A program made the position numbers and the translations under genes. The notes under the pieces were generated by a model, which was not told the DNA's origin, did not search any database, and was given only the letters and a program-made list of their open reading frames with translations. A DNA stretch of 63,997 nucleotides, the filler included, from Malassezia furfur (Eukaryota): the NCBI GenBank assembly GCA_052055015.1. It is 13 parts of 13 records of this genome, joined end to end, with 100 filler letters (N's around TTAATTAATTAA, not from the genome) between each part and the next. Parts side by side here need not be neighbours in the genome. Positions count along the whole stretch, not along the records: positions 1 to 5,079 come from JBQJIT010000630.1; positions 5,180 to 10,250 come from JBQJIT010000631.1; positions 10,351 to 15,393 come from JBQJIT010000633.1; 10 more parts are not named here. One strand, written 5' to 3'. The first letter of the stretch is position 1. Every line of letters starts with the position of its first letter. Of the stretch, positions 1 through 11,311 are shown piece after piece.

Positions 1-77
1 CCCCTTCCCTCCCCCCCATCCTGTGCAGGTACTGACAGTGCATAGACAGCGCCCACGCGCTCGCCGTCAATAGGAAC

Positions 78-2343
78 ATGGATCCCACGAATGCAGTACG
101 GCATCCGACGCCCGAGAAAGTCGCGGACGATGCCGCATCTGACGCGGACGCTGCGGACGACGTGTCGCTGACGCGTGTCGCGGCGCAGGTGCGGCGTCGG
201 CAGCGCATCGTCGCGGCGCTGAGCCGCTTCGCGCCGGTCCTGCGGTACGTCGTTGTTGCGCTCACCCAGCGCTGCGCTCGTCGGTGCGGCACTGATCTGG
301 CTCGTGCTCCTTGCGGTGCCCGGCCCGCCGTTTTCGCGCGGCGTGTATGTGGACGAAAACGCGCTGCAGCCCGGGCAGGTGAAGCGGGCATGGGACTGGG
401 ACGACGTGCACTACGCGGACCGCGCCTCGGACGCACTCGAGGCGTTTGCACGCGCCAACGACACGGCGGGGCGCATCGCGTACCTGTGCACGGAGCTGGA
501 GCGCCTCGGCCTCGAAACGCATACCCAGAACTACACCTTCCACGTCCCGCATGGCGCGCCGATCCGCGGCACCAACGTGTATGCGCGCATGCGTGCGCCG
601 CGCATCGACGGGCGCGAGGCGACCGTGCTCGCCGCGAGCTGGCTGAGCCGCTGGAAGGACCCCCGCGCAAACGGCACGGGGCTGCCCTACACCGCGCCCG
701 GCTCCGTGCGGGCGGTCAACGTGCGCGGCGTTGCGATCACACTGGCGCTCGCGCGCCGCCTGTCGATGTCGGCGTACTGGAGCAAGGACCTGTTCGTGGT
801 GCTCAGCGACGGCTTACTGGACGGGATGCAGGCGTGGGCGACGACGTACTTTGCCAAGCCGCAGCCGACGCTGGTCGCCGACGAGGTGTTCAGCGGCGGT
901 GCGCAGATCTGGAATGCCGTCGCGCTCGACTATCCCGCCGACTCCTACTCCTCCCTGTCGCTCCTGCACGAAGGACGCGACGCGCAGCTGCCGAACCTCG
1001 ATACCCTGAACTCGGTGACGCACATCCTTCAAGGGCTCTACTTTGAGCCGCGCATGGGCCTGCACGGCGTGACGTACGAAGAAGAGAAGCATGTCGTGCC
1101 GACGCTCGACACGCTCGTCGCCAAGGGCGTGCCGCGTGCGCCGCTCACCTGGCTCGAGCAGCGCGTGCTGACGCGCGGCGCCGTGCACCGCTTCCTGGCC
1201 GGCTGGCGCGCGCTCGCGGCGCAGTGGCGCCTGCAGCTCGCTGGGCATCCCAGCGGCGTGCATGGCGTCCTGCTGCCCTTCCACGTCGACGCGCTCACGC
1301 TGTTTGCCGAGCCGGCGCCCGGCCCGTTGGGCTTCCACGACCTCGGCGGGGTAGTCGAGCTGACACTGCGCGCGTTTTCGAACCTGCACGAGCGGCTGCA
1401 CCACTCGCAGTTCTTCTACCTGCTGCTCTCGCCGCGGCTGTTTGTGCCGATCGGGACGTACCTCGTGGTGCCGCTGCTCCTCGGCGCGGCCCTGACGCTC
1501 ACGGGCCTTGCGCTGTGGAACGCGCTCGGGGCCCGCCGCGACCGGCTGCGCACCAAGCTCGTAGAGCGCGTCGTGCCTGCGTCGAGCGCGCCGCATCTCG
1601 AGCGCCCCGTGTACGCCGAGCTGGAGCGCGACCTGGCCGGCGTGTCTGCCGAGCTGCGCGGCATTGCGCTCCGCGCTTACTGCGAGATGGCGCGCCCGGT
1701 GTGGTCGGCGCTTGCGTGCATTGCCGTAGCGCATGCGGGGGGCCTGCTGTGCCTCGCAATCGCGGTGCATGCGCCCATCGACTGTGCCGAGCGCGGGTGG
1801 GGCGCGTGCCATGCGCTCCTGTGGCTCGGTGCGGTGCCGGCGGTGCTGCCGTGGGCGATGGCCGGCGCGGCGCGCGCCCTGCGCCTCGACCTCGTGCAGC
1901 TCGGCGCGTGTGTGCAGGCGTTTGCGCTGCTGCACGCGGGCATGGTGGTGAGCGTGCTGAGCACGCTCAACTTTGCGCAGGCCACGACCATGGCGCTGCT
2001 CCTGACGCTTGCGCTGTACCCCCTTGTGCCGCCGTGGGGCATGCAGGCTGCTGCGCCGATCACGCGGGGCTGGGCCGCGCGTGTGCGCTACCTTGTGGGC
2101 TATGTGCGGCTCGTGCTCGTGACGCCCGTGGCGCTCGTGGCGCTCGTGGCGTTGGCGGTGTCGTGGGCGCCGGCGTCGCACACGCTGCAGTACGTGCTTG
2201 CGCAGCTGCCGGCCACGATCGACCTGGCCGCGTGGGACTACCATGTGCTGCGCGCCTCGGCGCTGCACATAGTGCTACTGGGCTACCTGCCCGTCGTCGT
2301 CGAGGGCGCCGCGGCGTGCTGTCTGTATGTACTGGCCGTGTAG
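78..2343 (+). CDS. GAA1: GPI transamidase subunit Gaa1; exons 78-244 and 270-2343
   Basis: Motifs YVDENALQPGQV, GTNVYARMRAPRIDGREA, YWSKDL, QLPNLD and NLHERLHHSQFFYLL, plus C-terminal TM helices. A 25-nt intron at 245-269 (GTACGT...CTCACCCAG) joins ORF 78 to ORF 253 in frame. Confidence 0.93.
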
Positions 2344-2371
2344 GAAGGTAGGCCCTTGGCTTCTTCTCCAC

Positions 2372-3448
2372 ATGATCCGCCCCCCGTGCCGGTGGGCTGC
2401 GCCGGTGTCGCGCGCCGTGCGCCGTGCGCCGTGCGTGCCGCGTGCGCTGCACACGTCGGTCGCGCGCGCAAGCTACTCGTCGATCGACCCCGCGGACATT
2501 GCCCACTTCAGCCGGCTCTCGGAGCACTGGTGGGACGAGGACGGGGAATTTAAGCCGCTGCACCGCATGAACCGCGTGCGCATCGAGTTTATGCGCGAGA
2601 AGCTCGACGAGATGCGCGGCTGGGACGCAGCGATGGCCGACGTGCTGGGCAAGGAGGTGCGGCCATCGCCGCCGCCCGCGTCGTTCCTGTCCGGCCTGTC
2701 GATGCTCGACATCGGCTCGGGCGGCGGCATCCTCTCGGAGAGCGCCGCGCGCCTCGGCGCGTGCGTCACGGGCGTGGACGCCTCGGCAGAGAACGTCAAC
2801 GTGGCCACCGTGCACACGCAGCAGGACCCCGGCCTGCGCCTGCGCGCGGACCCCGGCGCGTTTGAGCCGCATTCCCTGGCGTATGTCGCAGCGACCGCCG
2901 AGGCGCTGCGCGACGAGGGCAAGCAGTACGACATTGTGACCGCGATGGAGGTCGTCGAGCACGTCCTGGACCCCGCCGAGTTCCTGCGGTGCGTCGCGGA
3001 CCTCGTGCGCCCGGGCGGGATGGTGTTTATGTCGACCATGTCGCGTACGGCACTGTCCTACTTCCTGACCATCTTCCTCGCCGAGGACCTGCTGCGTGTC
3101 GTGAGCCGCGGCACGCACCGGCATGCGCAGTACATCAACCCCGAGGAGCTCGTGGCCTTCTTCCGCGACGAGCTCCGTTGGTTCCAGCCCGAGGCCGCGC
3201 AGCCGACCGGGCGCGCGACGCTGCCCGACGGTGCGCCCGTCGCGCCGCTGCCGCTGCGGCTGCAGTACGAGACGCGCGGGACCATGTATCTGCCGCTGCT
3301 CGAAAAGTGGGTGCTTGCGCGCCCCTCGGTCGCGGACGCAGCGGCGACCGCACAGCCCGTGACGTCGTGGGTGCCGCCGCTGCTCGGCGGCACGCAACGG
3401 TGGACGGAGCAGTGCAACTACTTCTTCTACGCACGTAAGCCTATGTAG
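2372..3448 (+). CDS. COQ3: Ubiquinone biosynthesis O-methyltransferase, mitochondrial
   Basis: HFSRLSEHWWDEDGEFKPLHRMN, SAM motif LDIGSGGG, MEVVEHV, GTH. Arg-rich presequence from ATG 2372. Confidence 0.95.
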   Translation: MIRPPCRWAAPVSRAVRRAPCVPRALHTSVARASYSSIDPADIAHFSRLSEHWWDEDGEFKPLHRMNRVRIEFMREKLDEMRGWDAAMADVLGKEVRPSPPPASFLSGLSMLDIGSGGGILSESAARLGACVTGVDASAENVNVATVHTQQDPGLRLRADPGAFEPHSLAYVAATAEALRDEGKQYDIVTAMEVVEHVLDPAEFLRCVADLVRPGGMVFMSTMSRTALSYFLTIFLAEDLLRVVSRGTHRHAQYINPEELVAFFRDELRWFQPEAAQPTGRATLPDGAPVAPLPLRLQYETRGTMYLPLLEKWVLARPSVADAAATAQPVTSWVPPLLGGTQRWTEQCNYFFYARKPM

Positions 3449-4925
3449 CCAGCAGCAGCGTATTCCGGAACCAGCGCGTGTCGCGCAGGTCGCAGTCGTC
3501 GCGCACGATGCGCGTCGTCTGCTGCGCGACGGTGTGCAGCAGCTCAGAGAGCAGCGCAAGCGGCAGCTGCTCGGTGGCCGCGAGCTGCAGCGTGGTCTGC
3601 GGCGTAGCAAGGTGCTCGTACACGCGCGCCTCGAATTCCGCGTCTGCAAAGCGGGGGGTATACAGGATCGTGCGGCCCGAGCGCAGCACGCGCAGCGTGA
3701 TCGGCGGCTCGGTGACCTCGGGCAGGTACGCCACGGCCTGGCGCAGCACCTTGGGCGAGACGAGCGCTGGATTAGGACATCACGTACCGGTGCCGCGCGC
3801 GCGGTTCCACAGGCCCCACACCTCGTCGAGCGCCAGCATGCCGCGGTCGAGCATGCCGTTCGGCGCCGTCAGCAGGCTCGCCAGCTCGCGTGCCAGCTCG
3901 ACATGGTACTCGCGCTCGCTCTTGACCATTTCGGGGGTCACGGCGGGCGCCGCGAGGCCGAGCTGCACGAGCGCCGACTGGATCATCGAGCCAGTTTCGT
4001 CGTGCGACTGCTGTCCGTCGCGTGCCAAGACACGCTCGCGGCGCTCGAGCTGCGTACGCAGCGTCGCAGCAAGGTCGACCATCTGCTTGGCCTGCTTCAT
4101 CAGCGCCTCGAGGTCCTGGAACGCATCGGGTGCGGGCGCCACAGGCGCCGTGTCCTGGATCAGCACGCCGTCGATGCCTGCGGCCGGCCGCCGGCGCCGC
4201 GGCTCGGCAAGCCACGGCTTGGACTGCAGCGTAGACCGCAGCTGTGCATAGAACGCCTTGTCGCCGCCTTTGCGGAAACTGAGCTTGACATAGGGCGGAG
4301 CGGTGGGCGCGGGAGCAGGTGTAGGCGCGGGCGTGGGCGCGGGCGCTTCTACTGGCGCGGGCGCCGCAGCTGGCGCGAGCGGTGCCTCACACATCTCGCA
4401 GTGCGTCATGGCCGGGTGGTTGAGAAAGGTGCAGCGTGGACATCCTTTTTCGGGGCCGGCAGACGCAGGTGGGGCACTCACTGGTAGAGGAGCCGCCGCA
4501 TGGCCACTTGGCGCCGCCACGGCCGCATCTGCGGGCCGTGCGACACCACATAGTGCACACACGTCGAGGGACGTTGCGTTGGTATTCTGGAAGCCGCACA
4601 CGGCACACGTCCACGGCCCGGCGGGTGCCGCGGCCTGCTCACGCAGCATCACGGTAATCTTGGGGCTGCTCTTCAAGAAGCCCGCATAGTGCTCCGTCTG
4701 CCGGATCGTATCGAGGCGCACAAAGCACGACTGCTCGGCGCGCGCCGCGTCGACGTACGCGAGGCGGTGCGTGGTGAGGACGGCGGTGCCAGCCGCGCGC
4801 AGCGGCGCCTTCTCCTGCCGGTCGTACATGCCGACGCCGCCCTGCTCGGCGAGGAGCGCCTCACCCGGCGCGAGCGCCGCGCGCACGTCCGCGGCGCGCA
4901 TCTCCCAGCGCTCCCAGCGCTCCAT
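3441..4925 (-). CDS. VPS36: ESCRT-II subunit Vps36; exons 4925-3788 and 3766-3441
   Basis: Split GLUE domain (LTTHRL, GFLKSSPKI, YVKLSFRKGG) with two NZF fingers (WTCAVCGFQN, CPRCTFLNHP). A 21-nt intron at 3767-3787 restores WNRARGTALVSP. Confidence 0.93.
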
Positions 4926-5003
4926 GCTGCGGGGTGTGGAGGTTTTGTCAGCGTTAAGCCGGTCCAAGTCCGCGCGCTCGGAGCAAGGTTCTTCTTGCGC
5001 AAA

Positions 5004-5079
5004 ATGGACGAGGCAGGGTCGACTCCCGTGGACGCAGAGGCCCAGACGTTTGAGCTGCAGCTGCGGCTGCCGGCGCGGC
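5004..5079 (+). CDS. N-terminal fragment of a gene cut by the spacer (MDEAGSTPVDAEAQTFELQLRLPAR); product uncertain, weakly reminiscent of the Clu1/Tif31 N-terminus
   Basis: AAAATG start divergent from VPS36 and open to the gap; only 25 codons visible. Confidence 0.3.
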
Positions 5080-5179
5080 NNNNNNNNNNNNNNNNNNNNN
5101 NNNNNNNNNNNNNNNNNNNNNNNTTAATTAATTAANNNNNNNNNNNNNNNNNNNNNNNNNNNNNNNNNNNNNNNNNNNN
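5080..5179. other. Artificial contig spacer
   Basis: 44 N + TTAATTAATTAA (stops in all six frames) + 44 N. Confidence 0.99.
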
Positions 5180-6144
5180 AGAGGAAGAGGAGCAAGCCGT
5201 ATGGATTGGATCGGTGTCGAGTGCCTTTTGGCTATACCCCTTGATTGCCGGCAGCTACCTCATCGCCTCGACCTGGACCATGGGCGTCGCCGAGGCGGCC
5301 CATTCGGCCCAGAATCTGCACGTCCCCGACATGCGCGAGCGGCTGCAGCACACGTCATGGGTAGAGCATGTGAGCCGTGCGGTGCTCATCGCCAATTACT
5401 CGCTCGTGTGCTTGGCGCTGCAGTACGTCCCCTGGATCGGACCGGCTCTGGCGTTCCTGGTGATGTCCCTGGTCGACGGCTACTTTTGTTTCGAGCAGGT
5501 CTGGGCCGTACGGGGCTGGACGTTTGAAAAGGTGCGTTGCCTTGCTACTCACACAGCGCCTGCGGTTCAGCGAGTCGCACTGGTCGTACCTGATCGGCTT
5601 TGGCGTTCCGTCCACGGCCGTGTCCTTCTTCCACCCGAGTGGACTGCTCAACCTGATGTTGTTCATGCTCGTGTTCCCTGTGTGCACGGTGCTGGCCCTG
5701 CTCGCCGAGCCAATGCCCACGAGCTCCTCACTGGGGTCGCAGGCGACGATGCTGCCGACCGGCCCGCAGAACGACCGCTCCAAGGAACTGTCGACGCTGA
5801 TGCCCGCGCGCATCCCCTTGTTTTGGCCCACCGTGCGCGTGCGCCGTATGCTGCTGACCCTGGTGCCGCGCGTCGCCCCGCTCGGTGCAGGGGCCCGCGC
5901 AGCACCCAAAAAGTACGACCGGCCGGGTATGTCTCCCCGCATGCCGCGGCAGTCTGCGGCGCAGTTTGTTGGCGGCGCATGGACAGGCTCGCCTGTAGGC
6001 TCGCCCGCGCCGTCGGTGCCGTCAACGCCGGCTCCGAGTGCCTCGGCAGGCTCCGCGGCGCCGTGGCTCGCGTCGTCGGTCAGCATCCCCATGGCGATGG
6101 ACCAAGGGTCGCTGGGGGCGCGCAAGTTCCACAAGACGCAGTAG
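5180..6144 (+). CDS. EI24/PIG8-family membrane protein, 5' partial
   Basis: Hydrophobic helices and GYFCFEQVW...WTFEK|RLRFSESHWSYLIGFGVP, joined by a 25-nt intron at 5532-5556. Confidence 0.75.
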
Positions 6145-6173
6145 GGAAGGCGAATGGAGTCCACATTGTGTGT

Positions 6174-8588
6174 CTATGACGAGGACGGTAGCGCGCCTTT
6201 GAGCGGCAGTTCGCGCGACGATGAGCCGACCCAGACCGAAATTTTGCCGTCCGGCTGCAGCCATTGCTGGTGCGTGGCATTCCACACCGACACGTCGTAG
6301 TGGCTCAGGACGTGCGATACGGTACGCTGTTCGCCGCGCGGGATCCACACGCGCTCAAAGCCGCGTAGCACCCGCGGCGGCTCCCCACTTGCGTGTGGGA
6401 AGCCGAGGTACAGCTGTGGCACTTCGTGTCCGTCGCGTTCGCCTGTGTTGCACACCGTGTAGGTGATGTTGTACAGCGGCTCGAACAGCCAGTCCGGCAG
6501 GCCCTCGGGCGCCGTCTTGCCGTTCCAATCGTGGTTCCGCATGCGCTTGTGGTGCAGGTGCTCAATGTGCAGGCCGTCGTACGTAAACGACGTGTACGAC
6601 AGCCCATACCCAAACGCGAAGCGCGGCTCGATGTCGTGTGCATCAAAGTGGCGATAGTCGACCATGATGCCCTCGGTAAAGTTGATTTGCGGATGTGTCG
6701 CATTGTCGTTGTACAGCACATCGGCACTGTAGTCCTCGCGGCGCCGCGCGATGGTATACGGCAGGCGCCCAGAGGGGTTGTAGTCGCCCCACAGCACATC
6801 CACCAGGCTGTTGCCGCTCTCGGCGCCGGGCAAATTCGCCCACACCACCGCCGTGACGTTGGGGTGCTCGATCCACTCCTCCATCAGGACAGGGCCGACC
6901 GCGTGCACAACGACGATGGTGTTGTTGCTTTGGCTCGCGACCGCATGGATGAGCTCTTCGCCGCCACTCCACAGCGTCAGGTTGTTGCGGTCGCCCATGT
7001 TGCCCGAGAGGCCCTCGGGCACAGTACCGAACCCTTCACCGGACAGCGAGGTGACAAACACGAGCGCCGCATCCGTGTAGTTGGCCACGGCCTGGGCATT
7101 TTTGAGGTCAAAGTCGTCCATGGACCAGTTGACCGCCGTGCGGTCCTGACGTGCGCGGCGCTGAATCGCCTCGTACGGCGAAATAAAGTAGCTGTAGTCC
7201 ACCGTGCCGGAGCCCCACCCCTCGCCGAGCGTGCCATAGGGCCAGCCGATCCGGTCCTCGTAGTAGTTGGGCCCTTTCAGCAGCGGACCGGCATCTGAGC
7301 CGATCAGCGCAATCTTGCGCGGCTTGTGCAGCGGCAGTGTGCCGTTGGTGTTCTTGAGCAGCACCGTACCGGCCGCTGCCACACGGCGCGCAACCACGTC
7401 GTGATCCTTGGTCGCGTCGATCGCACCGTTCGTCTTGGGGTCGAGCCAGTCGAAAAAGTTGAAGTTCACCTCCGGGTAGTCGCAGTCCTGGTGCAGGAAG
7501 TAGGTGCCAGACAAAACGCGCGTCGCCATGTCGTCCAGGCGCGAGCGAGGAACGCTGCCGTTGTTCACCGCTTCGGTCAGGTTGGGGCCCCAGAAACTCG
7601 CCGTGACGTTGAAGTCGCAACACGACGTTCCACCGGGCATTGACAGGTCAAGACCTGCAAGCGCGGATGCGACGCCCGAGTGGTGCGCGCCCCAGTCGCT
7701 CATGACGTAGCCTTGGAAGCCAAGCTCGGTCTTGAGCCGGCCATTGAGCAGCTCCGAGTTCTGGCACGCCCACGAGTTGTTCACGAGGTTGTACGAGCAC
7801 ATCACCGAGACGGCGCCCGCCTGGATGCCGCGCATAAAGGGGTGCAGGTAGATCTCGCGCTCCGTGCGCTCATCCAGGTTTGATGAGCCCGTGTTGCGGA
7901 AGTGCTCCTGCTCGTTCGCCAGGTAGTGCTTCAGCGTGGCCTGGACGCCCTGATCCTGGACGCCGAGCGTTGTATAGTAGGCACCCTCGCCGTTCAGGTA
8001 AGGATCCGCGCCAAAGCCCTCCCAGTTGCGTCCAGCCGATGGTGCACGCATCACATTGATCATCGGACCAAGAAAGACATGGACGCCTTTGGTGCGAAAC
8101 TCGTCGCCGATGGCCACGGCACGCTCGTAAATGAGCTCCTTGGAAAACGTTGCCGCGGCTGTGATCGCATCGGGGAACACAGTCGAGCGGTCGACGTGGC
8201 GCAGGCCAGACGGACTGTCTTGCAGACACAGACCTTTGAATCCAATCTTCTCGACGGGCGGAGTATTGCCGACACACCGGCCAAAGCCGTAGCCGACGCC
8301 GGTCACGATCGACACGAGCTCAGTGACGTTGAGTTGCGCGACATCTGAACGCGCACGCGTCACAGCCTCGTCCCAGTACCCCCGTGTCGAGGTGTTGGGT
8401 GAGGGGTACACAGGTGGACTGTACGGCAGCGAGTCGTTGCCGAGGAACGGAACCTGCGGAATGTGGGGTAAGCCGGGCGCCATGTCAGGCTGCTCGGGTC
8501 CATGACTATCGTCGCGTGGACGCAATGTATCCTGTGCACTTGCAGAGGCCAGGAAGAGGAGTGGGAGTACGTAGGGCACCAAATACAT
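6174..8588 (-). CDS. Secreted GH3 beta-glucosidase
   Basis: Signal peptide, CLQDSPSG, GRNWEGFGADPYL, KHY, nucleophile motif VMSDW, SGEG, FGYGLSYT and a C-terminal Fn3-like domain. Intronless, 804 aa. Confidence 0.96.
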   Translation of the reverse strand: MYLVPYVLPLLFLASASAQDTLRPRDDSHGPEQPDMAPGLPHIPQVPFLGNDSLPYSPPVYPSPNTSTRGYWDEAVTRARSDVAQLNVTELVSIVTGVGYGFGRCVGNTPPVEKIGFKGLCLQDSPSGLRHVDRSTVFPDAITAAATFSKELIYERAVAIGDEFRTKGVHVFLGPMINVMRAPSAGRNWEGFGADPYLNGEGAYYTTLGVQDQGVQATLKHYLANEQEHFRNTGSSNLDERTEREIYLHPFMRGIQAGAVSVMCSYNLVNNSWACQNSELLNGRLKTELGFQGYVMSDWGAHHSGVASALAGLDLSMPGGTSCCDFNVTASFWGPNLTEAVNNGSVPRSRLDDMATRVLSGTYFLHQDCDYPEVNFNFFDWLDPKTNGAIDATKDHDVVARRVAAAGTVLLKNTNGTLPLHKPRKIALIGSDAGPLLKGPNYYEDRIGWPYGTLGEGWGSGTVDYSYFISPYEAIQRRARQDRTAVNWSMDDFDLKNAQAVANYTDAALVFVTSLSGEGFGTVPEGLSGNMGDRNNLTLWSGGEELIHAVASQSNNTIVVVHAVGPVLMEEWIEHPNVTAVVWANLPGAESGNSLVDVLWGDYNPSGRLPYTIARRREDYSADVLYNDNATHPQINFTEGIMVDYRHFDAHDIEPRFAFGYGLSYTSFTYDGLHIEHLHHKRMRNHDWNGKTAPEGLPDWLFEPLYNITYTVCNTGERDGHEVPQLYLGFPHASGEPPRVLRGFERVWIPRGEQRTVSHVLSHYDVSVWNATHQQWLQPDGKISVWVGSSSRELPLKGALPSSS

Positions 8589-8753
8589 GGTGGAAAGTGT
8601 GCGGTCCCCGCATCACCCCACACAGCGCGTCAGGGCCGCCAGAGGCCCGAGTGCAGGGACCACCGATGCGCGGTGCGGAGTAATCCACGTGGTGCCGCGT
8701 GGGCGGCGCGCGGTAGCCCGTGCGCAGCGCCACCAGGCGGCATCCCCACGGCC

Positions 8754-9021
8754 ATGAGCGATCCAAACGAGCAGTTTTCCATTCAGCCGCACCCGGCCAA
8801 GAGTAGGTGCAGCGGCTTACCCAGGCAACAACCCGGTCTCGGACCCAAACGTGGGCGGTGACCGCCAGATGGGCACGGGTGTGCCGTCCGGCCCCGGCAT
8901 CCAAATCCCCGATAAGGATACGGCGAGCCAGCTCGAACAGCCGGCGTGTACGTATGCGCGCGCCCCGCTGACGCCAGCCAAGGAGGAGCTCGCCAAGCGC
9001 ACGGCGGAGCTGAACAAGTAG
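8754..9021 (+). CDS. Small 71-aa protein; exons 8754-8802, 8825-8947 and 8978-9021
   Basis: Removing introns 8803-8824 and 8948-8977 gives MSDPNEQFSIQPHPAKSNNPVSDPNVGGDRQMGTGVPSGPGIQIPDKDTASQLEQPASKEELAKRTAELNK*. Not in the ORF track. Confidence 0.75.
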
Positions 9022-9072
9022 GAGGAGATGGGGCAGTATGTTGCATTGTGTAGACTACAAAGTGGCGCCTCC

Positions 9073-10250
9073 TCACGCAACGGTGCGGCGCGCACGCAGG
9101 CGCCGCACGGCGAACCACGCCGCGAGGCCTGTGAGGCTCACGAGGCCGAGTGCCCGGAGCACGAGCGTGACTACGAGGGCACGGCGGACCGAGGAGCTGG
9201 ATGTGAGAAACAAAACGTACTAGAAGGCGGCAAGCGCCAGGCCCGACCAGTGTGCGCGGCGCTCCATCTCGGTGCCGATGCTCCGCTGCCACCCGCGCAG
9301 GATCACGCGGTAGCGCCAGCCAAACACCCAGATCCAAAAGTTGACATCGGGGTAGCTAAAGTGGGGGAACACCTCCACCACGCTGGGCGTTTTGCGCGTG
9401 AGCGCCAGCTCGGTCGGCGCGCCGAGCAGGTAGCTCGACGGCGTGTTGGACAGGATGCGCTCGAGCATGCCCTTATCCTGCTCCGCCGACCTAGAGGGCT
9501 GCATCTGGTAGGTGCCCATGTGCGTGAGGAAATCGAGGGTCATGCCGAGCGTCAGGCCCCAGAGCTGCAGGTGCGGCGTGCACTGCTCGAGGTAGTCCTT
9601 TTCGGACTCGGTGAGAATCCGCGTGGTGTCGCCGTTGCCATCGCTGAGCGTCTCGCCCGGCTCCTCCTCCTTTTCGGGGAGCATTGCGTGCGGCACAAGC
9701 GCCTCAGCATCGCTGTCGCTCTCGGCGACGGCGTCCGGCCGATTCGGCAGCTGCACGGAGCGGAACGACATCTTGCCGATCAGCACGGTGAGCAGCACGC
9801 GCAGCACCGAGTTGCGCGGCGCATGCCGCGCAAAGTCGATGTGGATCGTGCCCCAGTTCGGCGTGGGTGTAAAGAGCCGCTGGAGCGGCACCCACTGGAG
9901 CGACTCGACTTCGCTGGCCTGTAAATGCGGGCGCTCCGAGAACGGCGAGAGTTGCAGGAACACTGTGTGAGCAGCACACGTACCATACGGGCTCAGGATC
10001 ATCAGGAGGCGCTTGCCGAGGCTGCTTGTGATCTCGCGGTCCTCGAGATGGCCTACCTGGAGGAACTCCTTCTCGGCGAGGTCGATGCCGACCTCCTCCC
10101 AGGTCTCGCGCATCGCCGTGTACAGCCCACTCTCGTCTTCTTCATCGCGGCGCCCGCCGGGAAACGCAACATGCGACGACCACTGGTCGTTCTCGCGCAC
10201 GGCGCGCTTGATGAACAGCAGCTCCGCCGTCCCGCGCTGGACCCACGGCA
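9073..10250 (-). CDS. Nudix hydrolase (CoA-pyrophosphatase-like) with C-terminal TM anchor, 5' partial
   Basis: HVAFPGG...AMRETWEEVGIDL Nudix box and LWGLTL. Introns at 9963-9983 (21 nt) and 9197-9220 (24 nt). Confidence 0.85.
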
Positions 10251-10350
10251 NNNNNNNNNNNNNNNNNNNNNNNNNNNNNNNNNNNNNNNNNNNNTTAATT
10301 AATTAANNNNNNNNNNNNNNNNNNNNNNNNNNNNNNNNNNNNNNNNNNNN
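10251..10350. other. Artificial contig spacer
   Basis: Same 100-bp N/TTAATTAATTAA/N linker. Confidence 0.99.
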
Positions 10351-10392
10351 CAGGGAGAGAGGGGGGAGAGGGAGGGAGGGGGAAATACGTAC

Positions 10393-11253
10393 CGTTACCC
10401 ACGTCGGAACGAGGTCCACCTTGTTGAGGATATACACGAGATGCTTGTGCGGCGTCTCTTCGCGGATGTGCCGCTCGACGTTGCGGCACCGCGTGCCCAT
10501 CGGATCGCGCGCGTCGAGCACGTGCAGGATGACATCGGAGCTGTCAATCACCTTGTACAGCTCGCCCCAGATGCGGCGCGACTGGCCCTTGCTGTAGATC
10601 GGCTCGGAGCGCCCGCGCTGCACCGGGATCGAATAGAGCTCGTCAGGGTGCGCAATGTGGTCCATGTCCGACGACCCCAGCGGGATCTCGCGGTCCGCCG
10701 GCACCAGTCCCTCGCCGCTGGCCTTGGCCTCGAGCGCGGCGCGTTTTTCGTCTTCTTCCTCGCCCTGCACGCGGCTCGTCTCAGCGAGGTCCGCGAACGA
10801 CGACATGCCCTGCTCGAGGCGCGGGCGCTTGCGCTGGGCGCCCGGCCCAAACGTCTGCTGGAACGGCTCGACGTCGGTGAGCGAGGGCCCTTTGCCCTGC
10901 GTCGGTTCCTGGATGAGCGACATGGGCAGCTTGTTGCGGCGCAGAATCATCGAGTACGGGTCGTTGACCTTGGCGCCAAGCGCCGTGCGGAAGTGGTCGA
11001 GTGCGTCCTGGCCGATCACACGCGTGTTGCCGAACCAGCGGCGGTCCGGCTGGACGCGCCCCGGCTTCGCCTCGGAGCTCTGGTACTCGGCGGCCTGCAC
11101 GACATTGCCCTTGCGGTCGCGTGTGGCGCACGTCGACTTGCTAAACTTGGAATGAAGCTTGACACGCTTCGCCGCCTTGGCATCGCGGTAAAAGTTTTCG
11201 CCTTTCACCGCCTTGATGCCCGGCGTGTGCGTCGAATTTTTCTGGACGCCCAT
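10393..11253 (-). CDS. NOG2: Nucleolar GTPase Nog2, 3' partial
   Basis: KGENFYRD, RVQPDRRWFGNTRVI, KGQSRRIWGELYKVIDSSDV, NKVDLVPTW. The exon ends at a GTACGT donor at 10392. Confidence 0.95.
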
Positions 11254-11291
11254 GGCGGTTGCGGCACAAGAAAAAAAGTGGCGCAGTGTCG

Positions 11292-11299
11292 CACGTGAC
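11292..11299. promoter_or_regulatory. GTCACGTG E-box (Cbf1-like) in a 58-bp divergent promoter
   Basis: Motif lies between the NOG2 ATG (11253) and ATG 11312 and recurs in other promoters. Confidence 0.55.
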
Positions 11300-11311
11300 G
11301 TTCTCCGTACC

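Noticed and set aside
1..77. Possible extra upstream GAA1 exon (CTGAC...TAG acceptor-like site at 32-45 followed by an in-frame open stretch)
   Set aside because: Cut by the window or contig start and cannot be resolved; ATG 78 already gives a plausible N-terminus.
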